This document shows positions 1 through 8,602 of a stretch of 64,000 bases of DNA, piece by piece. The stretch lies in contig OZ243916.1 of NCBI GenBank assembly GCA_965213675.1, positions 3,232,001 to 3,296,000 of the forward strand, written 5' to 3'. Position numbers and translations under genes: made by a program. Each line of letters opens with the position of its first letter. Position 1 is the first letter of the stretch. The notes beneath the pieces are model-generated. The model saw only the letters and a list, made by a program, of their open reading frames with translations. It searched no databases and was not told the DNA's origin. The stretch comes from an uncultured Candidatus Binatia bacterium (GTDB taxonomy: Bacteria; Desulfobacterota; Binatia; UBA9968; JAJDTQ01).

Positions 1-410
1 CCCACGGTGCTGACGATGCACCGGACGCGCTCGTCCATGGCGGCGGTATAGGCCGCGTGGGCGCCGCCGAAGCTGGTGCCCCAGATGGCGAGGCGTTCGG
101 GGTCCACTTCCGGGCGCACGCCGAGACAGGTGAGGCCGTTGCGGATGTCCTCGATCTGTTCCAGCGGGATCAGGCGGTGGCGCGGCCCTTCGCTCTCGCC
201 GAAGCCGCGATAGTCGAAACGGAGCGACACATAACCCTCGGCGGCTAGGCGTTCGGCCACCATCGGCATCAGCGCCTCCTTGAGGCCGGCGTATCCCTGG
301 CACAGGATGACACCGGGATGGCGCTGTGACCGGTTGCGGGCGTCCGGGATGGTGATGACCGCGGACAGGCCGTAGCCCGGGCCGCTGAAAAACCGGATCG
401 TCTCTTCCAT
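1..410 (-). CDS. alpha/beta-fold hydrolase (partial, runs off the window start)
   Basis: Manual translation from ATG at 410: MEETIRFFSG...FDYRGFGESEG...WGTSFGGAHA (GxSxG nucleophile elbow). Not in the ORF track because it is open-ended. Confidence 0.85.
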   Translation of the reverse strand, partial: MEETIRFFSGPGYGLSAVITIPDARNRSQRHPGVILCQGYAGLKEALMPMVAERLAAEGYVSLRFDYRGFGESEGPRHRLIPLEQIEDIRNGLTCLGVRPEVDPERLAIWGTSFGGAHAAYTAAMDERVRCIVSTV

Positions 411-469
411 GGTTCCTCCTGAGCTGGAATGGGCACGGCGCGGGCCGCGGATCCCAACCGCGCGGCGCG

Positions 470-1585
470 TCACCGGCGGCGGAGGCGGGGGAGCCAGCGG
501 GTGGCGCCGACGTAGATATGTTGGGTGCCCATGTTCACTATCACGATTCGGGCCAGATGAAAGGCGATCACCGCGGGCACGCCGATGCCCAGCGCCTGGG
601 CGGTGATGGCCATCTCCGCGAGACCGCCGGGCGAGGTGGCGATGATCATGGTGGCGATGGGCAGCCGGAACGCCCAGGCCAGGGCCGCGGCCAGCGCGAT
701 GGACGCCGCCAGCACGAATAACGAATTCAGTAGGGCGAAGGGAATGAACAGCTTGTAGCGGGCGAAGAACGCGCGTTCGTAGCGCGCCCCCAGCACCAGG
801 CCGAACATGAGTTGCGCGAAGTTCGTCATCCATGGAGGCACGGCCGAGAGCGGGACCCCGCTCAAGGTGAACGCGGCGCCGAAGAATATCGGCATGAGGA
901 GGTACCCGTTGTGCATGTGCAGGCGTTCGGAGACCTCGCCCAGCACGAAACCCGCCAGCAGCCAGGGCGCCAGCACGCCCACGTCCAGCGGCAGCGCCGG
1001 GCGGAAGTCGCCGGTCTCCAGCGGGATGCCGCCGTAGGTCAGCGCGAAGGGGATCACCAGCACCAGGATGGAGACCCGCAGGCTGTGGGCCACCGCCACC
1101 GGCGCGATCTGCGCGCCGTAGCGGTGCGCCAGGTTGGCCATGGCCATGGCGCCGCCCGGAATGGACGCGAAAAAGGTGGAGCGGGTTTCAACTCCCGAAA
1201 CCCGGCTCAGGATCACCGCCCCCAACGCGCCGATGAGGAAGGTCGCCAGGGTGGCGAGCACGATGGGCAGCCAGTTGGCGGCCAGTTCCACCACCACCGG
1301 CGGGGTGAAGTAGAGCGAGATCGCCGAGCCCAGGATCACCTGTCCCATCTGCCGCGCGTAGGGCGGCGAGTCCATGGCGACGCCCAACAGGTTGAGCGAG
1401 GCGACCACCACCATGGGGCCGATCATCCACGGGATGGGTAGTTCGAGGGAGTCGCACAGGTATCCCGCGGGAATGCCCACCGCCAGTGCGGTGAGGATGG
1501 CGGGCATCCGCGGCCGGAGATCGGCGGCGCTTCCGCGCAAGGCGGCCAGTGCGCGGGAAGCCATGGGCGTGGGCGCCGGACTCAT
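470..1585 (-). CDS. AbrB-family (putative ammonia monooxygenase-like) membrane protein
   Basis: Very hydrophobic, with two internal repeats (LPIPWMIGPM / PGG..M and SPGGLAEM motifs). Start uncertain (1585, 1564 or 1508). Confidence 0.8.
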   Translation of the reverse strand: MSPAPTPMASRALAALRGSAADLRPRMPAILTALAVGIPAGYLCDSLELPIPWMIGPMVVVASLNLLGVAMDSPPYARQMGQVILGSAISLYFTPPVVVELAANWLPIVLATLATFLIGALGAVILSRVSGVETRSTFFASIPGGAMAMANLAHRYGAQIAPVAVAHSLRVSILVLVIPFALTYGGIPLETGDFRPALPLDVGVLAPWLLAGFVLGEVSERLHMHNGYLLMPIFFGAAFTLSGVPLSAVPPWMTNFAQLMFGLVLGARYERAFFARYKLFIPFALLNSLFVLAASIALAAALAWAFRLPIATMIIATSPGGLAEMAITAQALGIGVPAVIAFHLARIVIVNMGTQHIYVGATRWLPRLRRR

Positions 1586-1607
1586 GGACACGGGAACGCG
1601 GCGCCCG

Positions 1608-2789
1608 TCATACGATGCTTCTTTCCCGGAGGGAGTGGATTTCCTCGGGGCTGTAGCCCAGCTCCGTGAGGGTTTCTTCGTTGTGCTCGCCGAGCGTCGG
1701 GGGCCGAAGCCGCAGGCCGATGGGGGTGTCCAGCAGGTTGAGGCCATTGCGCACCAGCTTGAACGGGCCGAACTCGGGGTGGTCCACGTCCATAAGCCGG
1801 TCCAGGTACTGCACCTGCGGGTCCTCGAAGACCTCGGCGAAGTTGTTGAGGGGCGCGCACGGGACGTCCCGGGCGCGCAGTTCACCGAGCCAGTGCTCCC
1901 GCGGCGCCGACTGCACCACCGCGCCGAAGGTCTCGGAGATGAAATCGTAGTTCTTCGCCCGCGCCGGGCGGTCCTTGGTGCGCTCGTCGGTCTGGAAGTC
2001 CGGCCGCCCCATGACCTCGGTGACGCCGATCCAGAATTTGGGCGGATGGGACAGGTGGATGACGAAGGGCTTGCCGTCCCCCGCCACCAGCGCGTAGACG
2101 CCGGCGGTCTTGATGCGGCTGCGCATGCTCGGCACCTCGCCGCTGAACAGATACTGGGTCATGCTCAGCCCGAGGAAGCAGATGGTGGACTCCAAAAGCG
2201 AGGTCTCCACCTTCTGGCCCACGCCGGTGCGCTCGCGCGCGGCCAGCGCCGCGAGCACGCCGTAGCACCCGAAGATGCCGCCGAGATGGTCGGAGAAGGC
2301 CGCCCCCGGCCCGTGGGGCTTTTCGACGTCGGTGAGCACGCTCAACAGCCCGCTCAGGGACTGGCCGATGGTGTCGTAGCCGGGCCGCGCCCGGTACGGA
2401 CCGTCCTGGCCGAAGGCGGAGATGGAACAATAGATGATGCGCGGATTCATCTCCCGCACCACGTCGTAGCCGATGCCCAGCCGGTCCACTACGCCGGGGC
2501 GCAGGTTCTCGACGATGACGTCCGCGTCCCGGGCCAGCTTGAGGAACACCTCCCGCCCCTCCGGCGCCTTCATGTCCAGGGTGACGCTCTTCTTGTTGCG
2601 GTTGAGGGCGCAGAAGCTGGGGCTGTAGTTCTTGGGCTCCTTGTCCCAGGTGCGGAACGGATCGCCCTTGCCGGGGGTCTCGACCTTGGTCACGTCGGCG
2701 CCCAGGTCGGCGAGCAGAAGCGAGGCGTAGGGGCCGGCGATGTAGTTGGTGACGTCGAGGATCTTGACGCCTTCGAGTGCGGCGGGCAT
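1608..2789 (-). CDS. CoA-transferase family III (CaiB/BaiF)
   Basis: ALEGVKILD..YIAGP, LADLGADV.KVE, NRNKKS, ENLRPG, PGYD, PPTLGEHNEE motifs. Confidence 0.95.
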   Translation of the reverse strand: MPAALEGVKILDVTNYIAGPYASLLLADLGADVTKVETPGKGDPFRTWDKEPKNYSPSFCALNRNKKSVTLDMKAPEGREVFLKLARDADVIVENLRPGVVDRLGIGYDVVREMNPRIIYCSISAFGQDGPYRARPGYDTIGQSLSGLLSVLTDVEKPHGPGAAFSDHLGGIFGCYGVLAALAARERTGVGQKVETSLLESTICFLGLSMTQYLFSGEVPSMRSRIKTAGVYALVAGDGKPFVIHLSHPPKFWIGVTEVMGRPDFQTDERTKDRPARAKNYDFISETFGAVVQSAPREHWLGELRARDVPCAPLNNFAEVFEDPQVQYLDRLMDVDHPEFGPFKLVRNGLNLLDTPIGLRLRPPTLGEHNEETLTELGYSPEEIHSLRERSIV

Positions 2790-2803
2790 GGACAGGCTCC
2801 TAG

Positions 2804-2960
2804 TGTGGTGTCTGGTTAATTCGTGTCATAATCTGCGGGTCTTTTTCGCCGTCGGCTGCGTTGCTCTTCCTCGCGTGGTACGCGCCACTGCTCGTCATCG
2901 CGCCTTGCCGACGACAAAAAATCCTCCGCAGATTATGACACGAATTAACCAGACACCACA
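2804..2960 (+). mobile_element. 157-bp MITE copy 1 (TIR subfamily A)
   Basis: Perfect 35-bp terminal inverted repeat TGTGGTGTCTGGTTAATTCGTGTCATAATCTGCGG; CTAG on both sides (2800-2803, 2961-2964). Confidence 0.9.
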
Positions 2961-3251
2961 CTAGCGCGTGCGGTTGTATTCGTAGTCCTCGCGTTCGGTG
3001 GCTCCGGCGCGAAGCTCGGGCTTGAGCGGCGCCCGGGTGGCGTTCACCTTGGCGTGGACGTCCAGGGCGGCCTGATCCACCCAACGCTCGATGATCACCA
3101 TCTTGTCCGGGTTCACCACGCTGCGGAAAACCTCGAACTGCTCGCAGCCCGGCTCCTGCATCACTTCCGCGCAGCGCCCCCGATAGGCGTCGGCCAGTTC
3201 AGCGCCCTTCCCCTCGATGGCATTGATGGTGACGATGAGTCTGAGAGACAT
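2961..3251 (-). CDS. antibiotic biosynthesis monooxygenase (ABM) / quinol monooxygenase-like protein
   Basis: 96 aa, EPGCEQFEVF...IIERW.DQAALDVH pattern; GGAGG RBS before ATG 3251. Confidence 0.85.
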   Translation of the reverse strand: MSLRLIVTINAIEGKGAELADAYRGRCAEVMQEPGCEQFEVFRSVVNPDKMVIIERWVDQAALDVHAKVNATRAPLKPELRAGATEREDYEYNRTR

Positions 3252-3467
3252 GTCGGTTCCTCCCGGTTGAGATGCCTGTCGACCCGCGCTTCCGGCAGCG
3301 TCGCGTGACAGAACTTTTCCATTGTGTACCAGATCAGGGAATACCCCGCGAGGTTTCGCCGCGCGTGACCTTGGTCGCTGTCCATGTCGCCGCGGCAACT
3401 CCCGCGTCACCGCGGATGGATCCGCGGTCCCGATGCACGGGACGCGTCGGGGCGCCCCTCCGGCTCC

Positions 3468-4220
3468 TCAGGCCGGTTCCGGCAGTTCCGCCAGGAGCCG
3501 CCCGTAGCCGGGAATCGGTTGGCGTACCCCCAGGCGGGTCTGCGTCTCCCAACAACGCGCGGGCAGCGCATGCACCACCGGCACGCCCAGATCCGCCTCC
3601 AGGGGCTCGATGATGTCGAGGGTCTTCCAGGCCGACCCCAACATGTACAGGCACTCGCCTTTCGGGTGGCGGGCGAACATCTGCGTCAGTTGCCGCCGGA
3701 TCTCCGAGGACGGTACCTTGGGGACATCGGCGAAGGGCACGTCGATGCCCTCCATGCCCAGCATCTCGAAGCCGGCGTCGGTCAGATAGCGGCGGAACAG
3801 ATCGTTGAGATGCTGGGGGAAATAGCTTGCTCCGACGATCCGTTGCACCCCGAGGGTGCGGAACGCGCGCACGTGGTTCATGCCCGAGGTGACCATGGGG
3901 ACGCCGTAGCGGCTCTCCCAGGAACGAATGGTCGCGCCCTCGCCCTCGTAACCCAGGAGCATGAACGGCGGCGCGCCGATCACCCGGATCAGGTCCGGCT
4001 TCAATGCCGTCAACTCGGCCGCCTTGGCCTCGTAGCCGGGCATGGAAGCCCGGAACTCCTCCTGAGTCCCCTGGGTGAATTCCATGCTCAGGTGCAGGAA
4101 CTCGATGGTGGGCGCGAGCCTGGGCTCCAACTCCTTGTCCCCGAGCACTCCGGTTCGGTTCGTGGGCCACACCGAGCCCACCCGATACCGTTTCCTTGCC
4201 TGTGACGCATCATCACTCAT
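3468..4220 (-). CDS. Asp/Glu racemase - maleate isomerase/arylmalonate decarboxylase superfamily protein
   Basis: Family-like layout (GVPMVTS, LGVQRI..ASY, LEADLGVPVV, PGYGRLL) but no Cys at the usual catalytic positions. Confidence 0.75.
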   Translation of the reverse strand: MSDDASQARKRYRVGSVWPTNRTGVLGDKELEPRLAPTIEFLHLSMEFTQGTQEEFRASMPGYEAKAAELTALKPDLIRVIGAPPFMLLGYEGEGATIRSWESRYGVPMVTSGMNHVRAFRTLGVQRIVGASYFPQHLNDLFRRYLTDAGFEMLGMEGIDVPFADVPKVPSSEIRRQLTQMFARHPKGECLYMLGSAWKTLDIIEPLEADLGVPVVHALPARCWETQTRLGVRQPIPGYGRLLAELPEPA

Positions 4221-4362
4221 GGTCTCATTCTCCCGTTACCCGGTGTCCCGGCCCTGTCACCCCAAAGTTGGTCCCGGCCGCCGCGGCCCCGCCATCCCGG
4301 ACCATTCCCATGCCTCCCGGACCATTCCCGGCTACTCGGGCAGGCGCCTGGCGCTTGCTCCT

Positions 4363-5226
4363 TTACCGTGCCCCGCGCACCGTCAGGTACCGGCTGATGG
4401 ACTCCAGTCGCTTCGGCCCGATGCCGGGGATCTTGAGCAGATCCTTCACCGCCCGGTAGGGTCGGCCGGCGATGATCTTGCCTGCCGTCACCGGGCCGAT
4501 GCCCGGAATCTGCTGTAGCTGCGCGTCCGTGGCGCGGTTCACATCCAGCGGCTCGCCGTCCCGCGGCTTGGCTGCGCCCATCACCTGTCGCCGGTAATCC
4601 TTCAACTCCGCCTTGGCCTCGCGCCGATTGCCGCGCAGTTTGAGCAGCAACTCGGGGTTGGTGGCGCGCCAGATGCCGGCGCGGTTCAGCATGGCCACGG
4701 CGCGCAGGTCCTGAAGTTCGTCGAGAACCTGCCGGCTGTCCCTGCCTTGGGGGTCGGGCCGGGTCTTGCCGTGCACCCGGGCGAGTCCCAGCCGCACCAG
4801 CAGGCGTCCGAGGTCCTGGCCGTCGTGGGTCTGGACAAACGCATAGATGCGGCCCATGGCCGACCGACCCGGCGCCCGCGCGTAGCTCGTGTGAATCGAA
4901 AAGGGCCTGGACAGGACGTTGCGCACGTATTCCGTGGCGCGCTTCCCGAAGCGCACCAGGTCTTGCGGGTTTTCCAGGCCGAAGTGGTACTGCTGGTCGC
5001 GGATGCGTTCCAGTACGGCGTCGCTGCCGTGGGTGGTCTCCGGGCAGTCCACGTAGTAGAGGCGCAGGTGATATTCGTGGCGGCCCGCCTTCACCTTGAA
5101 GCTGTCCCCGTCATTCATCGCCGCTTCAACGAGAACGGCGTTGGCCAGGGTCTCGAGTTCGGCGGCCCACGCGTGCGGCGCGCCCCACGCGAACATCAGC
5201 GGCAGCAGCCACGCAACGGCTTTCAT
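4363..5226 (-). CDS. secreted thermonuclease (SNase-like) with C-terminal ComEA-type helix-hairpin-helix domain
   Basis: Signal peptide; DGDSF, RLYYVDCPE, GRIYAFV, LVRLGLARV; C-terminal LDVNRAT..QLQQIPGIGP...LLKIPGIGP. Confidence 0.8.
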   Translation of the reverse strand: MKAVAWLLPLMFAWGAPHAWAAELETLANAVLVEAAMNDGDSFKVKAGRHEYHLRLYYVDCPETTHGSDAVLERIRDQQYHFGLENPQDLVRFGKRATEYVRNVLSRPFSIHTSYARAPGRSAMGRIYAFVQTHDGQDLGRLLVRLGLARVHGKTRPDPQGRDSRQVLDELQDLRAVAMLNRAGIWRATNPELLLKLRGNRREAKAELKDYRRQVMGAAKPRDGEPLDVNRATDAQLQQIPGIGPVTAGKIIAGRPYRAVKDLLKIPGIGPKRLESISRYLTVRGAR

Positions 5227-5265
5227 GGTGGCGGTGCGGATGGTTCCCGGCAACGGGTCCGACGT

Positions 5266-5598
5266 CTATGTCGTGGAAATGTGAGCGCCGCCGAAGGGCT
5301 CGGGCCGGTTGCCGTAGAGCAGCAGGCGCCCCGTGCCCACGTTGGTGATCTGATAGTAGTCCTTGGCGTCGAAGAACACCGCCTCGCCCTGCTTGACAAT
5401 GCGCTCGCCGCCGTGGATGTCCTTGACGCGGGCCTTGCCCTCCACCACCAGAAAGCTCTCCGGCTCGGTGTGAAAGTGCATGTCCGTGTGGTCGCCGGGC
5501 TTGAGGTGAAGCATCCAGGTGCAGAACTTCCCGGTTCCATACAATCGCGTGAACCGCTGCTCCATGTCCGCCTTCTCCGCCAGATTCACAAAATCCAT
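5266..5598 (-). CDS. cupin domain protein
   Basis: 110 aa, PGDHTDMHFH...ESFLVVEG cupin motif. Confidence 0.8.
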   Translation of the reverse strand: MDFVNLAEKADMEQRFTRLYGTGKFCTWMLHLKPGDHTDMHFHTEPESFLVVEGKARVKDIHGGERIVKQGEAVFFDAKDYYQITNVGTGRLLLYGNRPEPFGGAHISTT

Positions 5599-5847
5599 GG
5601 CCACCCTCCTGCCGTCAACGGAACGCCAACCGGCACTCAAGCCCTTAGCACAAACCCCCCACCCCGTCATCCGCCACCCACCCGCCCAACCCCCGGCTCC
5701 GTCATCCCGGACTTGATCCGGGGCCAAAGCGGCGCGGCCGCCCGCCGGCACTTCGCGCTCCCCGGTTGCGTCGCCGCACGATGCCGTGATACGCGCGTTG
5801 GACGAATTCAAGGACTCCTTCCGACAGGACAAACACAGGAGAAGCCC

Positions 5848-6864
5848 ATGCGCGGCGTGATGTTCAACGGCAACCGGGAGTGCGAGATACGTGATTTTCC
5901 GGACCCCCATGCGGGACCCGGCCAGGCGGTGGTGAAGATCCGCGCCTCGGGCATGTGCGGCACCGATCTGCACCGGTACCGCGGTACCGTGGCCATCGAC
6001 GCCATCACCGGCCACGAGCCCTGCGGCGTCATCGCGGAGTTGGGCGCCGGCGCCCCGGCCGGGCTGGCCGTGGGCGACCGGGTGGTGGTGCACCACTACG
6101 AAGGCTGCGGCATCTGCGAGATCTGCTCGATGGGCTTCGAGCAGGCTTGTCCCCACGGCCACGTGACCTTCGGCGGGGTGGACGCCCACGGCGCCAACGC
6201 AGACTACATCCTGGTGCCGTCACGCTTGCTGATCCATCTCCCGGAGGAACTGTCCTTCGAGGCCGGCGCGGCCATCTCCTGCGGCACCGGCACGGCATGG
6301 AACGGCCTCAAGAAGATCCACATCGCCGGCGGCGACGTGGTGTCGATCTTCGGCCAGGGACCCGTGGGCCTGAGCGGAACCCTGTGCGCCAAGCACATGG
6401 GGGCGCGGGTCATCGCCGTTGACGTAGTGCCGGAACGGCTGGAGCTGGCGCGGCGCTACGGCGCGGACCACGTCATCAACGCCAGGGACACCGACCCGGT
6501 GGAAGCCATCAAGGAACTCACCGGCGGTCTGGGGTCCACGGCGGCGCTGGAAACCTCCGGCAACCCGGAATGCCGGAGCCAGATCCTCAAGGCCATGCGC
6601 ACCTTCGGGCGCTGCTGCTACGTGGGCATGGGCGCGCCTTCCACCATCAACTTCCGCGACGACGTCATCTTCAAGGTGGCCACCCTCGTCGGCTCGTGGA
6701 CCTTCAACAAGTCCGAACTCATCGAGATCTGCCGCTTCATGGTGGAAGAGAAGGTGCCGGTGGACGACCTGGTCACGCACCGCTTCGCTCTCGACGACGC
6801 CGTGGAAGCGTTCCGCGTCTTCGACAGCGCCACCACCGGCAAGTGCGTGTTCGTGCTGGACTGA
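5848..6864 (+). CDS. zinc-dependent alcohol dehydrogenase (MDR family)
   Basis: GMCGTD, GHE, CGICEIC..G....C structural Zn site, GQGPVG; RBS AGGAG before ATG 5848. Confidence 0.95.
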   Translation: MRGVMFNGNRECEIRDFPDPHAGPGQAVVKIRASGMCGTDLHRYRGTVAIDAITGHEPCGVIAELGAGAPAGLAVGDRVVVHHYEGCGICEICSMGFEQACPHGHVTFGGVDAHGANADYILVPSRLLIHLPEELSFEAGAAISCGTGTAWNGLKKIHIAGGDVVSIFGQGPVGLSGTLCAKHMGARVIAVDVVPERLELARRYGADHVINARDTDPVEAIKELTGGLGSTAALETSGNPECRSQILKAMRTFGRCCYVGMGAPSTINFRDDVIFKVATLVGSWTFNKSELIEICRFMVEEKVPVDDLVTHRFALDDAVEAFRVFDSATTGKCVFVLD

Positions 6865-6889
6865 CAAATATATATACGGTATATACCAG
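6861..6889 (+). promoter_or_regulatory. probable promoter with palindromic operator TATATAC-G-GTATATA (6871-6885) upstream of a toxin-antitoxin-like pair
   Basis: AT-rich palindrome between a CTGACA -35-like hexamer and the ATG at 6893 (likely leaderless). Confidence 0.55.
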
Positions 6890-6892
6890 AGT

Positions 6893-7357
6893 ATGTTCAT
6901 CGAGCGTGTGGTCACCGCTCTCCGGCAAGCCAGGGTCCGTTTCGGTATCGCCGGCGGGTATGCGGTCGCACTGCATGGCGTGGTGCGAGGCACTCTTGAT
7001 CTGGACTTGGTGCTCGCGTTGTCCCGTGAGAATTTCACGGCCGCGGAATCGGCGCTGAAGCGGATGGGATTGCAGCCCCGCCTGCCGCTGAAGGCGGAGG
7101 AAGTGTTCGACTTCCGGGAAGAGTACATCCGCAACCGGAATCTGATCGCCTGGAGCTTCGTCAATTCGGCGGACCCCACCGAGATGGTGGACATCATCAT
7201 CACGGAAGACCTGTCGGCGATACAGGTGGACATGCTCCCACTGGGAAGGCTCCGGTTGCCTGTAGTGGCCGTTGACGACCTGATCCGGATGAAGGAAAAG
7301 AGCGGCCGGCCGCAGGACCTCGAGGACATTCGGGCATTGAGGAGCATGGTCTCATGA
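6893..7357 (+). CDS. nucleotidyltransferase-fold protein (putative toxin)
   Basis: GG.AV.LHG..R.T.DLD motif and C-terminal LIRMK..SGRPQDLEDI. Confidence 0.75.
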   Translation: MFIERVVTALRQARVRFGIAGGYAVALHGVVRGTLDLDLVLALSRENFTAAESALKRMGLQPRLPLKAEEVFDFREEYIRNRNLIAWSFVNSADPTEMVDIIITEDLSAIQVDMLPLGRLRLPVVAVDDLIRMKEKSGRPQDLEDIRALRSMVS

Positions 7358-7668
7358 GACCCGTGCAGTACTTCTCGAAGGAGTATCTGGAGCAGTGCAA
7401 GGGGATGAAGCCCGCGGACATCCTGCGATTCCTCGATGAGTTTCGCCGGCTTTATTCGCCCGCGGCGCGGAGGGGAAGCAAGCTGATCAGCCTCAAGGTG
7501 CCGGAGAACCTGCTGGAGGCGTTCAAGGCCAAGGCCAGCCTGCACGACGTACCCTATCAGACTCAGATCAAGCGTTTGATGATGGACTGGGTCGCCGGCC
7601 AGTCCGCGGAAACGAATGCTCCGATGCGGGAAGGGTCGCGCCGCCGGGGCACAACAAGGAAGTCGTAG
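7354..7668 (+). CDS. CopG/BrnA-like ribbon-helix-helix antitoxin
   Basis: SKLISLKVPENLLEAFKAKA....VPYQTQIKRLM; ATGA overlap with the upstream gene. Confidence 0.7.
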   Translation: MRPVQYFSKEYLEQCKGMKPADILRFLDEFRRLYSPAARRGSKLISLKVPENLLEAFKAKASLHDVPYQTQIKRLMMDWVAGQSAETNAPMREGSRRRGTTRKS

Positions 7669-7721
7669 CGCGGTCTCAATGCCGATCGGCGGGAAGCGCC
7701 GTCAACCGTCAGGAGGACACG

Positions 7722-8474
7722 ATGCCCATATGGCAAGAGCTGAGCTGGCCGCGGATCAAGGAATGCGCGGAGAAGGGGTGCGTGGTGATCGTCCCCGTCG
7801 GGGTGATCGAGCAGCACGGACATCACCTGCCGCTGGATACCGACGCGTTCATTTCACAGGAGATCGCGCGGGCGGCCGCCCGGCGGGATACGGAGATCCT
7901 GGTGGGGCCGACGGTGCCTTTCGGCTTCACGCCGAGCAACAAGAACTTCCCCGGCAGCATCAGCCTGACGGCCGCTACCTGGATGGCGCTGATCCGCGAG
8001 ATCGTGCGCGCGGTGCGCCGGCACGGCTTCACGCGCATCGCGCTGCTGAACGGCCACGGCGGCCAGGTGGCGCTGTCGCGCTCGGTGGTGGCGGCGCTCC
8101 AGGACGAGGATGGCATCCGCACGGTGGTGCTCAACTGGTTCGGACTCGTGGACAAGGACATGGGGCGGCTGTTCGCCGACGAGAAGATGCCCGGCGGGCG
8201 CGTGGGCCATGCCGGCGCGGTGGAGACGTCCATGAACCTGCACCTGCGCGGGGAGTTGGCCGCACAGGGCAGCCTGGTGGCGCATCTCGGGCCGCAGATG
8301 CCGGACTTCGTCAGGAAGGTCGGAGGCTACGTTCAAACGCCGCGGGAGGACCTGTCGCCTTCAGGGGTGATGGGCGATCCGAATCTCGCCAGCGCCGAGA
8401 AGGGCGGTGAGTTGTTCGAATTGGCGGTGGAACGGCTGTGTGCGTTCGCGCAGGAGTACCGGGAAGCGGAATAG
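7722..8474 (+). CDS. creatininase / creatinine amidohydrolase family protein
   Basis: PVGVIEQHGHHLPLDTD, LNGHGG, HAGAVETS, SGVMGDP motifs. Confidence 0.9.
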   Translation: MPIWQELSWPRIKECAEKGCVVIVPVGVIEQHGHHLPLDTDAFISQEIARAAARRDTEILVGPTVPFGFTPSNKNFPGSISLTAATWMALIREIVRAVRRHGFTRIALLNGHGGQVALSRSVVAALQDEDGIRTVVLNWFGLVDKDMGRLFADEKMPGGRVGHAGAVETSMNLHLRGELAAQGSLVAHLGPQMPDFVRKVGGYVQTPREDLSPSGVMGDPNLASAEKGGELFELAVERLCAFAQEYREAE

Positions 8475-8523
8475 CAGCGCAACGACTGTTCCGGCCCCGT
8501 GGCGGGTGGTACTGTGCCCGCCA

Positions 8524-8570
8524 CCGTTCATCCTGTGCGTAGTGGAGCGAAGCGGTACGAAGTCGAAGGG
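8524..8570 (+). repeat. REP-like repeat of the CCGTTCATCCTG...GTCGAAGG type
   Basis: Related fragments at ~49554-49583 and ~50928-50953. Confidence 0.45.
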
Positions 8571-8602
8571 TGCCCAGCGAAGGGCGCCATGCACCACACG
8601 TG

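Noticed and set aside
2746-3084. Recurrent peptide LVWCLVNS.HNLRVFFAVGC...QIMTRINQTPH in several ORFs
   Set aside because: Translation of the MITE, not a protein family.
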